A stretch of 32,000 nt of DNA from NCBI RefSeq assembly GCF_003428155.1, contig NZ_QLIR01000013.1, positions 1 through 32,000 on the forward strand, written 5' to 3'. Position 1 is the stretch's first letter. Each line of letters begins with the position of its first letter. Below, one piece after another: positions 19,043-27,836 of the stretch. The position numbers were made by a program, and so were the translations under genes. The notes under the pieces were generated by a model. That model worked only from the letters and a program-made list of their open reading frames with translations. It was not told the origin of the DNA and did no database searches. The stretch is from Fastidiosibacter lacustris (GTDB lineage Bacteria; Pseudomonadota; Gammaproteobacteria; Francisellales; Francisellaceae).

Positions 19043-19672
19043 TTACTTTTGCTTGTCAGAGATATTCGAAAATTGAATTAACATGTGATTGCCTTGTGCT
19101 TCATTGACTAATATACGCGTGACGTACTTCTCACCTATAATCTCAATGCTATCAATAGCTTTATTTAAAGGTGAGTCAATGGGTTTTAAGCCCAAGTGCC
19201 AATTATTATTACATTCGATAAAGTAGATATCAAAATATTGTTTTAATGCTTCTGTATTGCCTTTAAAAATCGATAAAAAAATATGGGTAAAAGAAAATAC
19301 AATCGGTTGTTCTTTTTTAGTAATGACCATTGCCTGTTTCCCTTCAATTGATTGTTGAATTTTATCTTCTGTGATCATCAGTATTGATTTAAAGGGTTTT
19401 TGTTGCAACCATTGTAAACCATCAGTTTTGGAAAGATGGAAAACACCACTGGAAATAAGTGGCTTTGATAAAAGCTTCATATAACGTGTTTGGGTAAAAT
19501 CACCATAAACATTATCAATTTTAGCCTGGGCATTTTGCACTTTCATAAAAGCAACTTCATTTTTCGCAGATAAAGGATGATAAAAAATACTGTTTTTGCT
19601 TGCAGCCAAGCTCCCATTAAAGAAAAAAATAAAAATTAAAGTAGGGAAAGTGATATGTATACGGAATTGCAT
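19043..19672 (-). CDS. LolA-fold periplasmic lipid/lipoprotein carrier-like protein (ApeL-like)
   Basis: 209 aa with a signal peptide (ITFPTLIFIFFFNGSLAAS). GDFTQTRYMKLLSKPLISSGVFHLSKTDGLQWLQQKPFKSILMI follows the LolA pattern (F.Q......L..P..S.G.F......L.W....P). It starts 1 nt after the upstream thioesterase stop. Confidence 0.65.
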   Translation of the reverse strand: MQFRIHITFPTLIFIFFFNGSLAASKNSIFYHPLSAKNEVAFMKVQNAQAKIDNVYGDFTQTRYMKLLSKPLISSGVFHLSKTDGLQWLQQKPFKSILMITEDKIQQSIEGKQAMVITKKEQPIVFSFTHIFLSIFKGNTEALKQYFDIYFIECNNNWHLGLKPIDSPLNKAIDSIEIIGEKYVTRILVNEAQGNHMLIQFSNISDKQK

Positions 19673-19673
19673 G

Positions 19674-20093
19674 TTAAAAACTCTTTATTTTTTCGATTAA
19701 ACACAAGGGTGAAACAAATTGTAGTTGTTGGGTTTTAAGATCAATAGCAAGTTGAGTAGTATGTCCCTTGGTGAGTTTTTGTTGGCTTGATTTATCGACA
19801 ATAAGATAGGCAATTTTCAGGCGATTCTGATACTCAATAATACTACTTACAACTTGAATAGTTTGCCCAAATACAGCAGGTCGAATATATTTAATCTGTA
19901 AATCGACGATTGGCCACATATAACCACTTGCTGCCATATCATTATAGTTATAACCTATTTCATTCAAAAGTTCGCATCGAGCGACTTCAAAGTACTTTAC
20001 ATAATGACCATGCCAAGCAATATGTAAGCTATCAATATCATAAAATGGAACACGTATCTCAGTTAAATGTGAAATGGTTTTGCTACTGATCAT
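19674..20093 (-). CDS. 4HBT/YbgC-type hot-dog acyl-ACP/CoA thioesterase (ApeK-like)
   Basis: IRVPFYDIDSLHIAWHGHYVKYFEVARCELL is the classic 4HBT N-terminal motif with its catalytic Asp. The start is set at ATG 20093, which overlaps the acyltransferase stop by 11 nt. The track ORF extends 29 codons further, into the upstream gene. Confidence 0.75.
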   Translation of the reverse strand: MISSKTISHLTEIRVPFYDIDSLHIAWHGHYVKYFEVARCELLNEIGYNYNDMAASGYMWPIVDLQIKYIRPAVFGQTIQVVSSIIEYQNRLKIAYLIVDKSSQQKLTKGHTTQLAIDLKTQQLQFVSPLCLIEKIKSF

Positions 20094-21030
20094 TCCTACC
20101 CCAAAAGTCAAAAAAATTGAACCATTGTGTTGGATATTGTATGCAATGCCAAGCAATAAAATCACTATATTGTTGTGCATATTGGTTTAATATAAGCTGG
20201 CGATTGTGACGAGGAAGCTTAATGCTTTGAGCAAATGACTCAAAAACAACATTAAAACGCTTTTTTTGTTTTAAGCATAGCATCGTATAGACCGGTGCTT
20301 GTAAAATTGCTGAAAGTATGAAAGGTCCTTGTGGCAAAATGCACTTTTCACCTAAAAACTCAACCCAAATAGTGTGATTAGGATGATTAACAGAGATGCG
20401 ATCACAGGCTATGATAATAAACTCACCTTGGTCAATTTTTTGTTGTAACTGAATGGCAAAAACAAGATCGATATGCTCAATTGAAATTAAACTCAATTGC
20501 GAATCAGCGTTAACTTGGGTCAACAACGTATTGAATTTCTGAGCATGCTGATTAAAGATTAAGGCATTAACTTTAAGTTTAGGTATCAAACCAGACAATG
20601 CGCGCATCACTTCAATATTGCCTAGGTGCGCACTAAAAATAATAGCCCCTTGTTTTTTATTAACCAGATCAAGTAAAAGCTCACGATTTGGAAAGTGTAA
20701 GTCATGACGCGTGATGATTTTATTCCATACTGCAACCTTGTCAATTAAGCTTTTACCAAAACTCATAAAATGGCGAAAAGGCTGTGGTTTTATGACTATA
20801 TTTTTTTGTGCAGCGTAACGTTGTAAATGTATAAAATATTGCCAAGAAGCTTTACGCGCACCACGTGAAAAAAGATAGAAATAAACTATAGCAGGGAACA
20901 TCAATACATAAGTTACCCGTCTACCAAGCAGTTTAAAACAGATAAGCATGAATTTAAGTCCTATTATGCTTCCTTTTTCAGGTAACTTTGACCAGTGTTT
21001 ATGCTGGCTACGACCTTGATTATTTGTCAT
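20083..21030 (-). CDS. LpxL/HtrB-family (lipid A late / lysophospholipid) acyltransferase
   Basis: 315 aa with an N-terminal TM anchor. SAHLGNIE corresponds to the H(x)4(D/E) box HxGNWE of LpxL-type enzymes, and the overall length and layout fit that family. Confidence 0.7.
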   Translation of the reverse strand: MTNNQGRSQHKHWSKLPEKGSIIGLKFMLICFKLLGRRVTYVLMFPAIVYFYLFSRGARKASWQYFIHLQRYAAQKNIVIKPQPFRHFMSFGKSLIDKVAVWNKIITRHDLHFPNRELLLDLVNKKQGAIIFSAHLGNIEVMRALSGLIPKLKVNALIFNQHAQKFNTLLTQVNADSQLSLISIEHIDLVFAIQLQQKIDQGEFIIIACDRISVNHPNHTIWVEFLGEKCILPQGPFILSAILQAPVYTMLCLKQKKRFNVVFESFAQSIKLPRHNRQLILNQYAQQYSDFIAWHCIQYPTQWFNFFDFWGRNDQ

Positions 21031-21766
21031 GTCTATTTATTAATTTTTTTAGATGGAGGCGTGGCATATAGTAAAACATCGCAAAAAAAAGTCGAGTATG
21101 CAACCATGAGATCCGAACGTTATCTTTCCATAGACGAAAGTGAGATTGCCCAGATTTAGGGTAGTTAATTTGCGTTGGAATATATTTCACATCAATCGCT
21201 TGCCAATAAGCTTTTACCATGATTTCAATATCAAACTCCATTCGCCTACCAGATACTTTTGGTAATACGCTTTGTAAAGGATTTAAGGGGTAGATGCGAA
21301 AGCCACACATTGATTCAACAAGTCTTGTGCTCCACGTTTCAATCGCCACCCAAAAGTTAGTGATTTTGCGACCGTGTAAGCGAGCTTTAGGCACACTTTT
21401 ATCATAAATTGACTTGCCAGAAATAAGGCTATTGGGGTGATATTGAAATAGTGTCAGAAACTTTGATAAGTCGTTTAAATCATGTTGGTGATCGGCATCG
21501 ACTTGAATTGCATGTGTATAGTGATGATGATACAAATACTGAAAGCCATTCATAATCGCTGCACCTTTGCCAGAGTTAAGTGCCAACGAAATAGACTTGA
21601 CCCATGAGTATTGCTGGCATATATGGTTAATTACGGCTTTGGTTTTTTGATCACTACCATCATCAACAATTAAGCAATTGATACCATAAACTGCAAGCTC
21701 AGAAACAACACTCACAAGTGTCTCACCATGATTATAAATTGGAATAAGAAAACAAGGTTTGGTCAT
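21020..21766 (-). CDS. family 2 glycosyltransferase
   Basis: CFLIPIYNHGETL...LIVDDGSDQKT...QVDADHQH are GT2 (GT-A fold) signatures including DxD. An ATGA overlap with the upstream dehydratase and an 11-nt overlap with the downstream acyltransferase support operon membership. Confidence 0.8.
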   Translation of the reverse strand: MTKPCFLIPIYNHGETLVSVVSELAVYGINCLIVDDGSDQKTKAVINHICQQYSWVKSISLALNSGKGAAIMNGFQYLYHHHYTHAIQVDADHQHDLNDLSKFLTLFQYHPNSLISGKSIYDKSVPKARLHGRKITNFWVAIETWSTRLVESMCGFRIYPLNPLQSVLPKVSGRRMEFDIEIMVKAYWQAIDVKYIPTQINYPKSGQSHFRLWKDNVRISWLHTRLFFAMFYYMPRLHLKKLINRHDK

Positions 21767-22110
21767 AACTGGATTTTTCCACTTGAATAGCGATTTTGAT
21801 CATCATCAGTATATTCAAATTGCAGCTGATGTTCAGATAATTCTATCTGCAAATTGAGCACCTTATTAGGTAAAATCACTTGGCTGAATTTAAGCTGCGG
21901 GATATGACGTACTTGCTTCTTGTCAAGCATTAAAAAACAAGAGCTAAACTCAATAACAAAATCTGTTTGGGCAATCCCTGGCAAAATAGGATTATCGGTA
22001 AAATGACCTTTAAAAAAAATCAATTTTTCATCAAACAGCAGCTTAAGCTTCACAACTGAAGACTTTTGTCGTTTTTCAATTGAATGTTCAAGAATTTCAG
22101 GATAGCGCAT
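21763..22110 (-). CDS. FabA/FabZ-like hot-dog dehydratase (ApeI-like)
   Basis: 115 aa. FFKGHFTDNPILPGIAQTDF matches the FabZ-type active-site motif HFP..P..PG. Confidence 0.65.
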   Translation of the reverse strand: MRYPEILEHSIEKRQKSSVVKLKLLFDEKLIFFKGHFTDNPILPGIAQTDFVIEFSSCFLMLDKKQVRHIPQLKFSQVILPNKVLNLQIELSEHQLQFEYTDDDQNRYSSGKIQL

Positions 22111-22118
22111 GAATTTCC

Positions 22119-22739
22119 TTAATATGTACTTTTAACAGCATCACAAAACGCTTTAATTTTGGCATGAGACTTAATGCCTTTTTGCGACTCAACACCGCCG
22201 CTGACATCAACCGCATAGGGTTGAATTTCAGCAATCGCATGAGTTACATTTTCAACCGTTAATCCACCTGCTAAAATGATACTGTTTCGCATTTCGTTAG
22301 GAATGATTGACCAATCAAATGTTTTACCTAAGCCACCATAGAAATTTCGATCATAAGCATCTAGCAATATGGCACGCGCGTTTTGATAATATTGTTTAGC
22401 TTTGTTGAGCGTTAAGCGGTCCTCAATGCGTAAAGCGCGTATATATGGAAACTGAAAACTGTTACAAAATTCAAGTTGTTCGTCACCATGGAATTGAATC
22501 ATACTAATACCAGCTGCAATTGCAGTTTTAATTTCATCTGGCATAGCATTAACGAAGAGTCCACAAATCGTCACAAAAGGTGGTAGCTTTTGAATAATTT
22601 TATGTGCCTCATTAATAGTAATAAAGCGAGGTGATTTGGTATAAAAAACAAAGCCTAATCCTTCGACTCCACATTCAAGCGCAAAAAGGGCATCTTCAAG
22701 GTTACGGATACCACAAATTTTAATTTTAGTTCTATGCAT
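22119..22739 (-). CDS. trpF: N-(5'-phosphoribosyl)anthranilate isomerase
   Basis: 206 aa: KICGIRNLEDA, GLGFVFYTKSPRFI, IQFHGDE, ILLDAY...GGLGKTFDW, ILAGGL, VDVSGGVE. This is a monofunctional PRAI TIM barrel. Confidence 0.9.
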   Translation of the reverse strand: MHRTKIKICGIRNLEDALFALECGVEGLGFVFYTKSPRFITINEAHKIIQKLPPFVTICGLFVNAMPDEIKTAIAAGISMIQFHGDEQLEFCNSFQFPYIRALRIEDRLTLNKAKQYYQNARAILLDAYDRNFYGGLGKTFDWSIIPNEMRNSIILAGGLTVENVTHAIAEIQPYAVDVSGGVESQKGIKSHAKIKAFCDAVKSTY

Positions 22740-22745
22740 GCCTTA

Positions 22746-23183
22746 CTACGCCATAAAGTTAATTAAGGCCGCTGCTACCATAGATGCAGTTGCTACACTC
22801 ACACCCGCTGTGGCAAGTAAGCGATCAACCTTGTCCAGGTGATACTTTTTACGTGTTTGCACTTCTAAAGCGTCATCACTTTCGGCAATCTCGCTTAATA
22901 TGGAGATGTATTGTGGAAATAAGGGTGGCTCATTAAATTCACCCGCTTCAAACCCTTCTGCCCAATAGTTATGTTCAATCGTGTTTACTGGAAAAGGGTT
23001 AAGTGTTTCTGACTTGTTTTTTTTGCCATGGACGTAACCAAACATCCAAATTTTTTCAAGCTCATCCAATGTATCTACTTGTGCAGATAAAATAAGCTTT
23101 AAGCGTGAGTCAATTTCATTTGTGTGCATAAAAACTTCATGTTCTATAACTAAAGTTAGTTGAGTATACCATAGCTTTAGCAT
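22746..23183 (-). CDS. hypothetical protein with C-terminal TM anchor
   Basis: 145 aa (127 aa if it starts at ATG 23129, MHTNEID...). It has an acidic soluble domain (WMFGYVHG, NYWAEGFEAGEFNEPP) and a single C-terminal hydrophobic helix (LLATAGVSVATASMVAAALINFMA). It ends 6 nt before trpF. I recognise no family. Confidence 0.45.
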   Translation of the reverse strand: MLKLWYTQLTLVIEHEVFMHTNEIDSRLKLILSAQVDTLDELEKIWMFGYVHGKKNKSETLNPFPVNTIEHNYWAEGFEAGEFNEPPLFPQYISILSEIAESDDALEVQTRKKYHLDKVDRLLATAGVSVATASMVAAALINFMA

Positions 23184-23324
23184 CTATCCACTAACTGTGT
23201 TTTATTCGTTAAATAGAACTACTAAAATTTTTTATATATCAATAATTAAATCATTTTACAGGTTTCCTTAAGTTTGTATTTTACGTGCTTTTATCTTCTT
23301 TTTTCTAGGCGAGGCTATCTACGT

Positions 23325-23353
23325 TTGACAATGCTGGGGATATAGGCTTAAAT
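23325..23353 (+). promoter_or_regulatory. candidate sigma70 promoter for gltA (TTGACA-17-TTAAAT)
   Basis: A perfect -35 TTGACA at 23325-23330, a 17-nt spacer, then TTAAAT at 23348-23353. Sequence match only. Confidence 0.35.
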
Positions 23354-23478
23354 ATGCCACATTAATTTTAGCTACCCGCACTCAACGGGGTTTAAGTCAC
23401 TTTATAAAACTTAAGGTCTATTTAGTTTAGAGTGATATTTTTTATAAATTTTAGAGTGCGATAATCATGGAGAACAAC

Positions 23479-24750
23479 ATGTCTGAAACTGCAATCTTAA
23501 CCCTTCCAGATAAAAATTTATTGCTAGAGCTACCTATTTATACCCCTGTTTTAGGACAACAAACTGTTGACGTTTCTTCTTTAGTTAAAGAAGGCTTATT
23601 TACCTACGACCCAGGATTTTTATCCACAGCAGCATGCTGGTCAAAAATCACCTATATCAATGGTGGTAAAGGCGTTTTATTACACCGTGGTTATCCTATT
23701 GAGCAGTGGGTTGAAAAATCTCATTATATGAATTTATGCTATGCACTTTTAAATGATAAACTTGCCTTAACAAATGAAATTACTGAATTTTCAACTCGAA
23801 TTCTAAATGATATGCCTGTATGCACACACATTCAAGAGACCATCAAAGCTTTTCCACAAGATGTGCATCCAATGGCACCACTTATGGCAGCGGTAAGTGT
23901 AATGGCAGGTGAAAACCAAAAAACGATGAATAAAAAAGATCTTACTCAGCAAACTCAAATGGCTGAAAAACTGATTGCTCAAATGCCAACTATCGTTGCA
24001 ATGACTTACCGTCATCGCAACGGGTTGCCGTTTATGGCACCCAAAAAATCGCTTTCTTACGCTGAGAACTTCTTATACATGATGTTTGCAGATAGTGAAA
24101 ATTACCAACCTGATTCAATTGCCGCACGTGCGATGGATACAATTTTTATTCTGCATGCAGATCACGAACAAAATGCGTCCACATCAACCGTGCGCCTTGC
24201 TGGTTCAACTGGCACTGATCCATATGCTGCTATTGTTGCTGGTATTGCCGCCCTTTGGGGACCTGCACATGGTGGTGCAAACGAAGCCGTTGTCAAAATG
24301 CTTGAACAAATCGGTGATGTAAGTAATATTGATAAGTTTATTGAACGCGCTAAAAACAAAGATGATTCTTTTAGATTAATGGGCTTTGGTCATCGTGTAT
24401 ATAAAAATACTGATCCACGTGCCATTGCTATGAAAAAAGCCTGTGAAAGTATTTTAAATCAACTGGGCGATAGCGATAATCCACTATTGGTGATTGCTAA
24501 AAAATTAGAGGAAATCGCACTTAATGATAGGTACTTTATCGATAGGAAGCTTTTCCCTAATGTTGATTTCTACTCTGGTATTATCTTAAAAACACTACAC
24601 ATTCCAACTTATATGTATACGTCTATTTTTGCCTTAGCTCGCGCATCTGGCTGGATAGCTCAATACCTTGAGATGTACAATGATCCAAAAATGAAAATTG
24701 GTCGTCCACGCCAGCTATATATCGGCGAAGCACAAAGAAATCTTCCTTAA
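23479..24750 (+). CDS. gltA: citrate synthase (type II, hexameric Gram-negative type)
   Basis: Collinear with E. coli GltA: FTYDPGFLSTAAC, ITYINGGKGVLLHRGYPI, ILHADHEQNASTSTVR, LWGPAHGGANEA, FRLMGFGHRVYKN, NVDFYSGIIL, RPRQLY. ATG 23479 (MSETA...) has a GGAGA sequence 5 nt upstream. The track ORF starts 4 codons earlier, at 23467. Confidence 0.95.
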   Translation: MSETAILTLPDKNLLLELPIYTPVLGQQTVDVSSLVKEGLFTYDPGFLSTAACWSKITYINGGKGVLLHRGYPIEQWVEKSHYMNLCYALLNDKLALTNEITEFSTRILNDMPVCTHIQETIKAFPQDVHPMAPLMAAVSVMAGENQKTMNKKDLTQQTQMAEKLIAQMPTIVAMTYRHRNGLPFMAPKKSLSYAENFLYMMFADSENYQPDSIAARAMDTIFILHADHEQNASTSTVRLAGSTGTDPYAAIVAGIAALWGPAHGGANEAVVKMLEQIGDVSNIDKFIERAKNKDDSFRLMGFGHRVYKNTDPRAIAMKKACESILNQLGDSDNPLLVIAKKLEEIALNDRYFIDRKLFPNVDFYSGIILKTLHIPTYMYTSIFALARASGWIAQYLEMYNDPKMKIGRPRQLYIGEAQRNLP

Positions 24751-24864
24751 TTTCAATATAATAACTTGCTACTAAATTAAATAACAATCACCACCCATAT
24801 CAATTATCATAATATATTGCCCATTTAAGGGATAAGGCACTAAAGCATATACTAAAAAAGACTT

Positions 24865-25077
24865 TCACTTGCTTTTAAGGAATTGACGAATCCGTATAAT
24901 TAAGTACCATACGACAATACCGATAATAGCAACTGAAATAAATGGATGGTCCTCTACAATTTGTGGAACAAAGGATAATGTGCTTGGAACACACACCTCT
25001 GTAATCAGTCTTTCAACCGCAAAAACCATATTTGCATAAAACCCTATGACTAGAAAAAGCCAAACCTTAAATTTCAT
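24865..25077 (-). CDS. hypothetical small membrane protein (2 TM)
   Basis: 70 aa with two hydrophobic helices and a basic C-terminus (RIRQFLKSK). It does not overlap another gene, its Shine-Dalgarno sequence is weak, and I recognise no family. Confidence 0.35.
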   Translation of the reverse strand: MKFKVWLFLVIGFYANMVFAVERLITEVCVPSTLSFVPQIVEDHPFISVAIIGIVVWYLIIRIRQFLKSK

Positions 25078-25284
25078 ATTTGCCCTAAATCAAGCTGTTT
25101 TGATGACACAGGCGATTGTATCACAATCTTGTGAGAGATTAACCACAATCACATACACTTTTTCTTAATTATGGATAGATAATAGCTTAAAAATGACCTT
25201 AAAGCATTATTTTTCTGATTCTTTAACAGCCAATACAGAACTGAAATAATATGAATTTATTGTAAGAAGCATTCAACTTAATGA

Positions 25285-27303
25285 TTAAAACAAGTATTTA
25301 TCTTTAATTGACTTAATTTGGTCACGCACTTCACCTGCTTGCTCAAATTCTAAATTACGGGCATGCTCTTTCATCACACGCTCAAGTTTTTTAACAAGAC
25401 TCAAGGCTTCTTTAACTCCTAGCACCTCATCTAATAGGAGATCTTTGACTTTCTTACGCATACTACTTTCAGCTGTTTTCTTGTTTATTTCAGGAGAGAA
25501 CCCCAGCATATCACTAACACCTTTACGAATAGTCGTTGGTATTATATTGTGCTGTTGATTGTATGCTTGCTGCTTATTACGCCGTCGCTGCGTTTCTTCC
25601 ATTGCACGCTGCATTGAGCATGTAATCACATCAGCATAGAGAATGGCTTTGCCAGATACGTTTCTTGCCGTGCGTCCTATGGTTTGAATCAATGAGCGTT
25701 CTGAACGCAAAAATCCTTCTTTATCAGCATCAAAGATGAGTACTGTACTAACTTCAGGCATATCTAAACCTTCACGCAATAAATTAATTCCAACTAAAAC
25801 ATCGAAAACTCCTATTCGTAGATCGCGAATAATTTCAACTCTCTCAACCGTATCTACATCCGCATGTAAATAGCGCACATTTATGCCATGCTCGGCTAAA
25901 TAATCGGTTAGATCCTCTGCCATGCGCTTAGTCAAGGTCGTAATCAGTATACGCTCGCCTTGAACAACTGCCTTATTGATTTCTGATAACGCATCTTCTA
26001 CTTGAATCGCAACAGGTCGTACTTCAACCGTAGGATCCAATAAACCCGTTGGGCGCACCACTTGCTCAACAATATTTTGCTGATGCTTTTGTTCATAATC
26101 CGCAGGTGTTGCTGAGACATATATCGCCTGTCGCACTAAAGCTTCAAATTCATGAAATTTTAACGGTCGATTATCTAAGGCTGATGGTAATCGAAAACCA
26201 TAATTTACCAAATTTTCCTTACGTGAGCGATCACCTTTATACATGCCACCAAATTGTGGAATTGTCACATGTGACTCATCGATTACAATAAAAGCATTTT
26301 CAGGTAAATAATCCAATAGCGTCGGTGGGGGTTCCCCTGACGCACGCCCTGAGAGTAAACGCGAGTAATTTTCAATCCCCGTGCAATAACCCAATTCATT
26401 GATCATTTCTATGTCATAAAGTGTACGTTGTTCAATTCTTTGTGCTTCAATCAAACGATTTTCCTTTTGAAAATAGGCAATACGCTCTCTTAGCTCTTCT
26501 TTTATTTCTTCAACCATACTCTTTTGTCTGTCTTTTGAACTGACATAGTGTGTACCTGGAAAAATCGTTGTTCGATAGACTGAATGAATTTTCTTGCCTG
26601 TTAGCGGATCAATAATCGTTAAGCTCTCAATTTCATCATCAAATAATTCAACACGCACGGCTTCTTTATCTGAATCCGCTGGGAAAATATCGATCACCTC
26701 GCCTCGCACACGATAAGTTCCACGCGTAAAATCCATATCACTACGCTGATACTGCATATCGCTCAAACGCCTTAAAATACTACGTTGATCAATTTCCACC
26801 CCCAATTTTAAATGCAATAACATTTGCATATATTGCTCAGGATCACCTAATCCATATATAGCTGAAACTGTTGCGACAATAATCACATCTTGACGCTCCA
26901 AGATTGACTTAGTTGCCGACAAGCGCATTTGCTCAACATGTTCATTGATTGATGAGTCTTTTTCAATATAGGTATCTGATGTTGCAACATAGGCTTCTGG
27001 CTGATAATAGTCATAATATGACACAAAGTACTCCACAGCATTATGGGGAAAAAACTGTCTCATTTCAGCATAAAGCTGAGCAGCTAATGTTTTATTGTGT
27101 GCCAAAATCAAAGTAGGTCGCTGTACATTTTGAATAACATTCGCAATGGTATAGGTTTTACCTGAACCGGTTACCCCTAACAACGTTTGGTGCCTCAAAC
27201 CATTTTGTAACCCTTTTGTTAATGAGGCAATCGCTTTAGGTTGATCACCAGCAGGTGGATAAGTTGCTACTAATTTAAATACTTTTTTTATATCTTCTTC
27301 CAT
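25285..27303 (-). CDS. uvrB: excinuclease ABC subunit B
   Basis: 672 aa: [16 protein letters not shown] (Walker A), VIDESH, helicase motifs, and a C-terminal UVR domain ([16 protein letters not shown]). Confidence 0.97.
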   Translation of the reverse strand: MEEDIKKVFKLVATYPPAGDQPKAIASLTKGLQNGLRHQTLLGVTGSGKTYTIANVIQNVQRPTLILAHNKTLAAQLYAEMRQFFPHNAVEYFVSYYDYYQPEAYVATSDTYIEKDSSINEHVEQMRLSATKSILERQDVIIVATVSAIYGLGDPEQYMQMLLHLKLGVEIDQRSILRRLSDMQYQRSDMDFTRGTYRVRGEVIDIFPADSDKEAVRVELFDDEIESLTIIDPLTGKKIHSVYRTTIFPGTHYVSSKDRQKSMVEEIKEELRERIAYFQKENRLIEAQRIEQRTLYDIEMINELGYCTGIENYSRLLSGRASGEPPPTLLDYLPENAFIVIDESHVTIPQFGGMYKGDRSRKENLVNYGFRLPSALDNRPLKFHEFEALVRQAIYVSATPADYEQKHQQNIVEQVVRPTGLLDPTVEVRPVAIQVEDALSEINKAVVQGERILITTLTKRMAEDLTDYLAEHGINVRYLHADVDTVERVEIIRDLRIGVFDVLVGINLLREGLDMPEVSTVLIFDADKEGFLRSERSLIQTIGRTARNVSGKAILYADVITCSMQRAMEETQRRRNKQQAYNQQHNIIPTTIRKGVSDMLGFSPEINKKTAESSMRKKVKDLLLDEVLGVKEALSLVKKLERVMKEHARNLEFEQAGEVRDQIKSIKDKYLF

Positions 27304-27559
27304 TCTTTCGTACCATTACAATCTAATTAATCATATTAAACAGATCATAATAAACACATTAGTAAGTATTTTATAGCTTCCTGAGCTTGGATTACCAAGC
27401 TTTTACATTTTTGTCATTTTATTGATTAAAAAATCATCATGGCGATTTGATTACATTATTTCAGTATTTTTTACATTAAAAAAACGTTTTTCTCCATATA
27501 GAAAAATGCAATAAATAACTATGCTAAAAATACCAAAAGGGAAAATAAGGATATTTATC

Positions 27560-27814
27560 ATGAGTCACATAGAAAAATTCATCTACGCTACAGCTGAAGC
27601 ACGTTACGAAAATGCAAGAAAAGACCCAACTGATCAACCACGCTTTACATTAAGTATTGTTACAGAAGAAGTCGAACGTGGCTTAATTGAAGCAACTCTT
27701 GCTTATACTGGCTTTCATCTTACTAATACCGCTGAAGTGTTAGGTATTAGCAGTGCTACGCTCAAAGCCAAAATTAAAAAATATGGTATATTCATGTTAG
27801 ACTTCTCAAGCTAA
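27560..27814 (+). CDS. fis: Fis-family small DNA-binding protein
   Basis: The C-terminus EEVERGLIEATLAYTGFHLTNTAEVLGISSATLKAKIKKYGI parallels E. coli Fis [41 protein letters not shown]. ATG 27560 is preferred because an AAGGA sits 9 nt upstream. The track ORF starts 13 codons earlier. Confidence 0.75.
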   Translation: MSHIEKFIYATAEARYENARKDPTDQPRFTLSIVTEEVERGLIEATLAYTGFHLTNTAEVLGISSATLKAKIKKYGIFMLDFSS

Positions 27815-27836
27815 ATAATATTCGCTGCTTTACAGA

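Noticed and set aside
24751-25284. Search for a dif/Xer site near gltA-uvrB and near ftsK, and a search of the whole window for tRNA T-loop motifs, rRNA and CRISPR repeats
   Set aside because: I saw no match to the GGTGCGCATAA-N6-TTATGTTAAAT-type dif consensus, no GTTCGAATC-type T-arm in a cloverleaf context, and no regularly spaced direct repeats.
27304-27520. LexA/SOS box upstream of uvrB
   Set aside because: I found no CTGT-N8-ACAG-type palindrome on either strand of the intergenic region, so nothing can be claimed.
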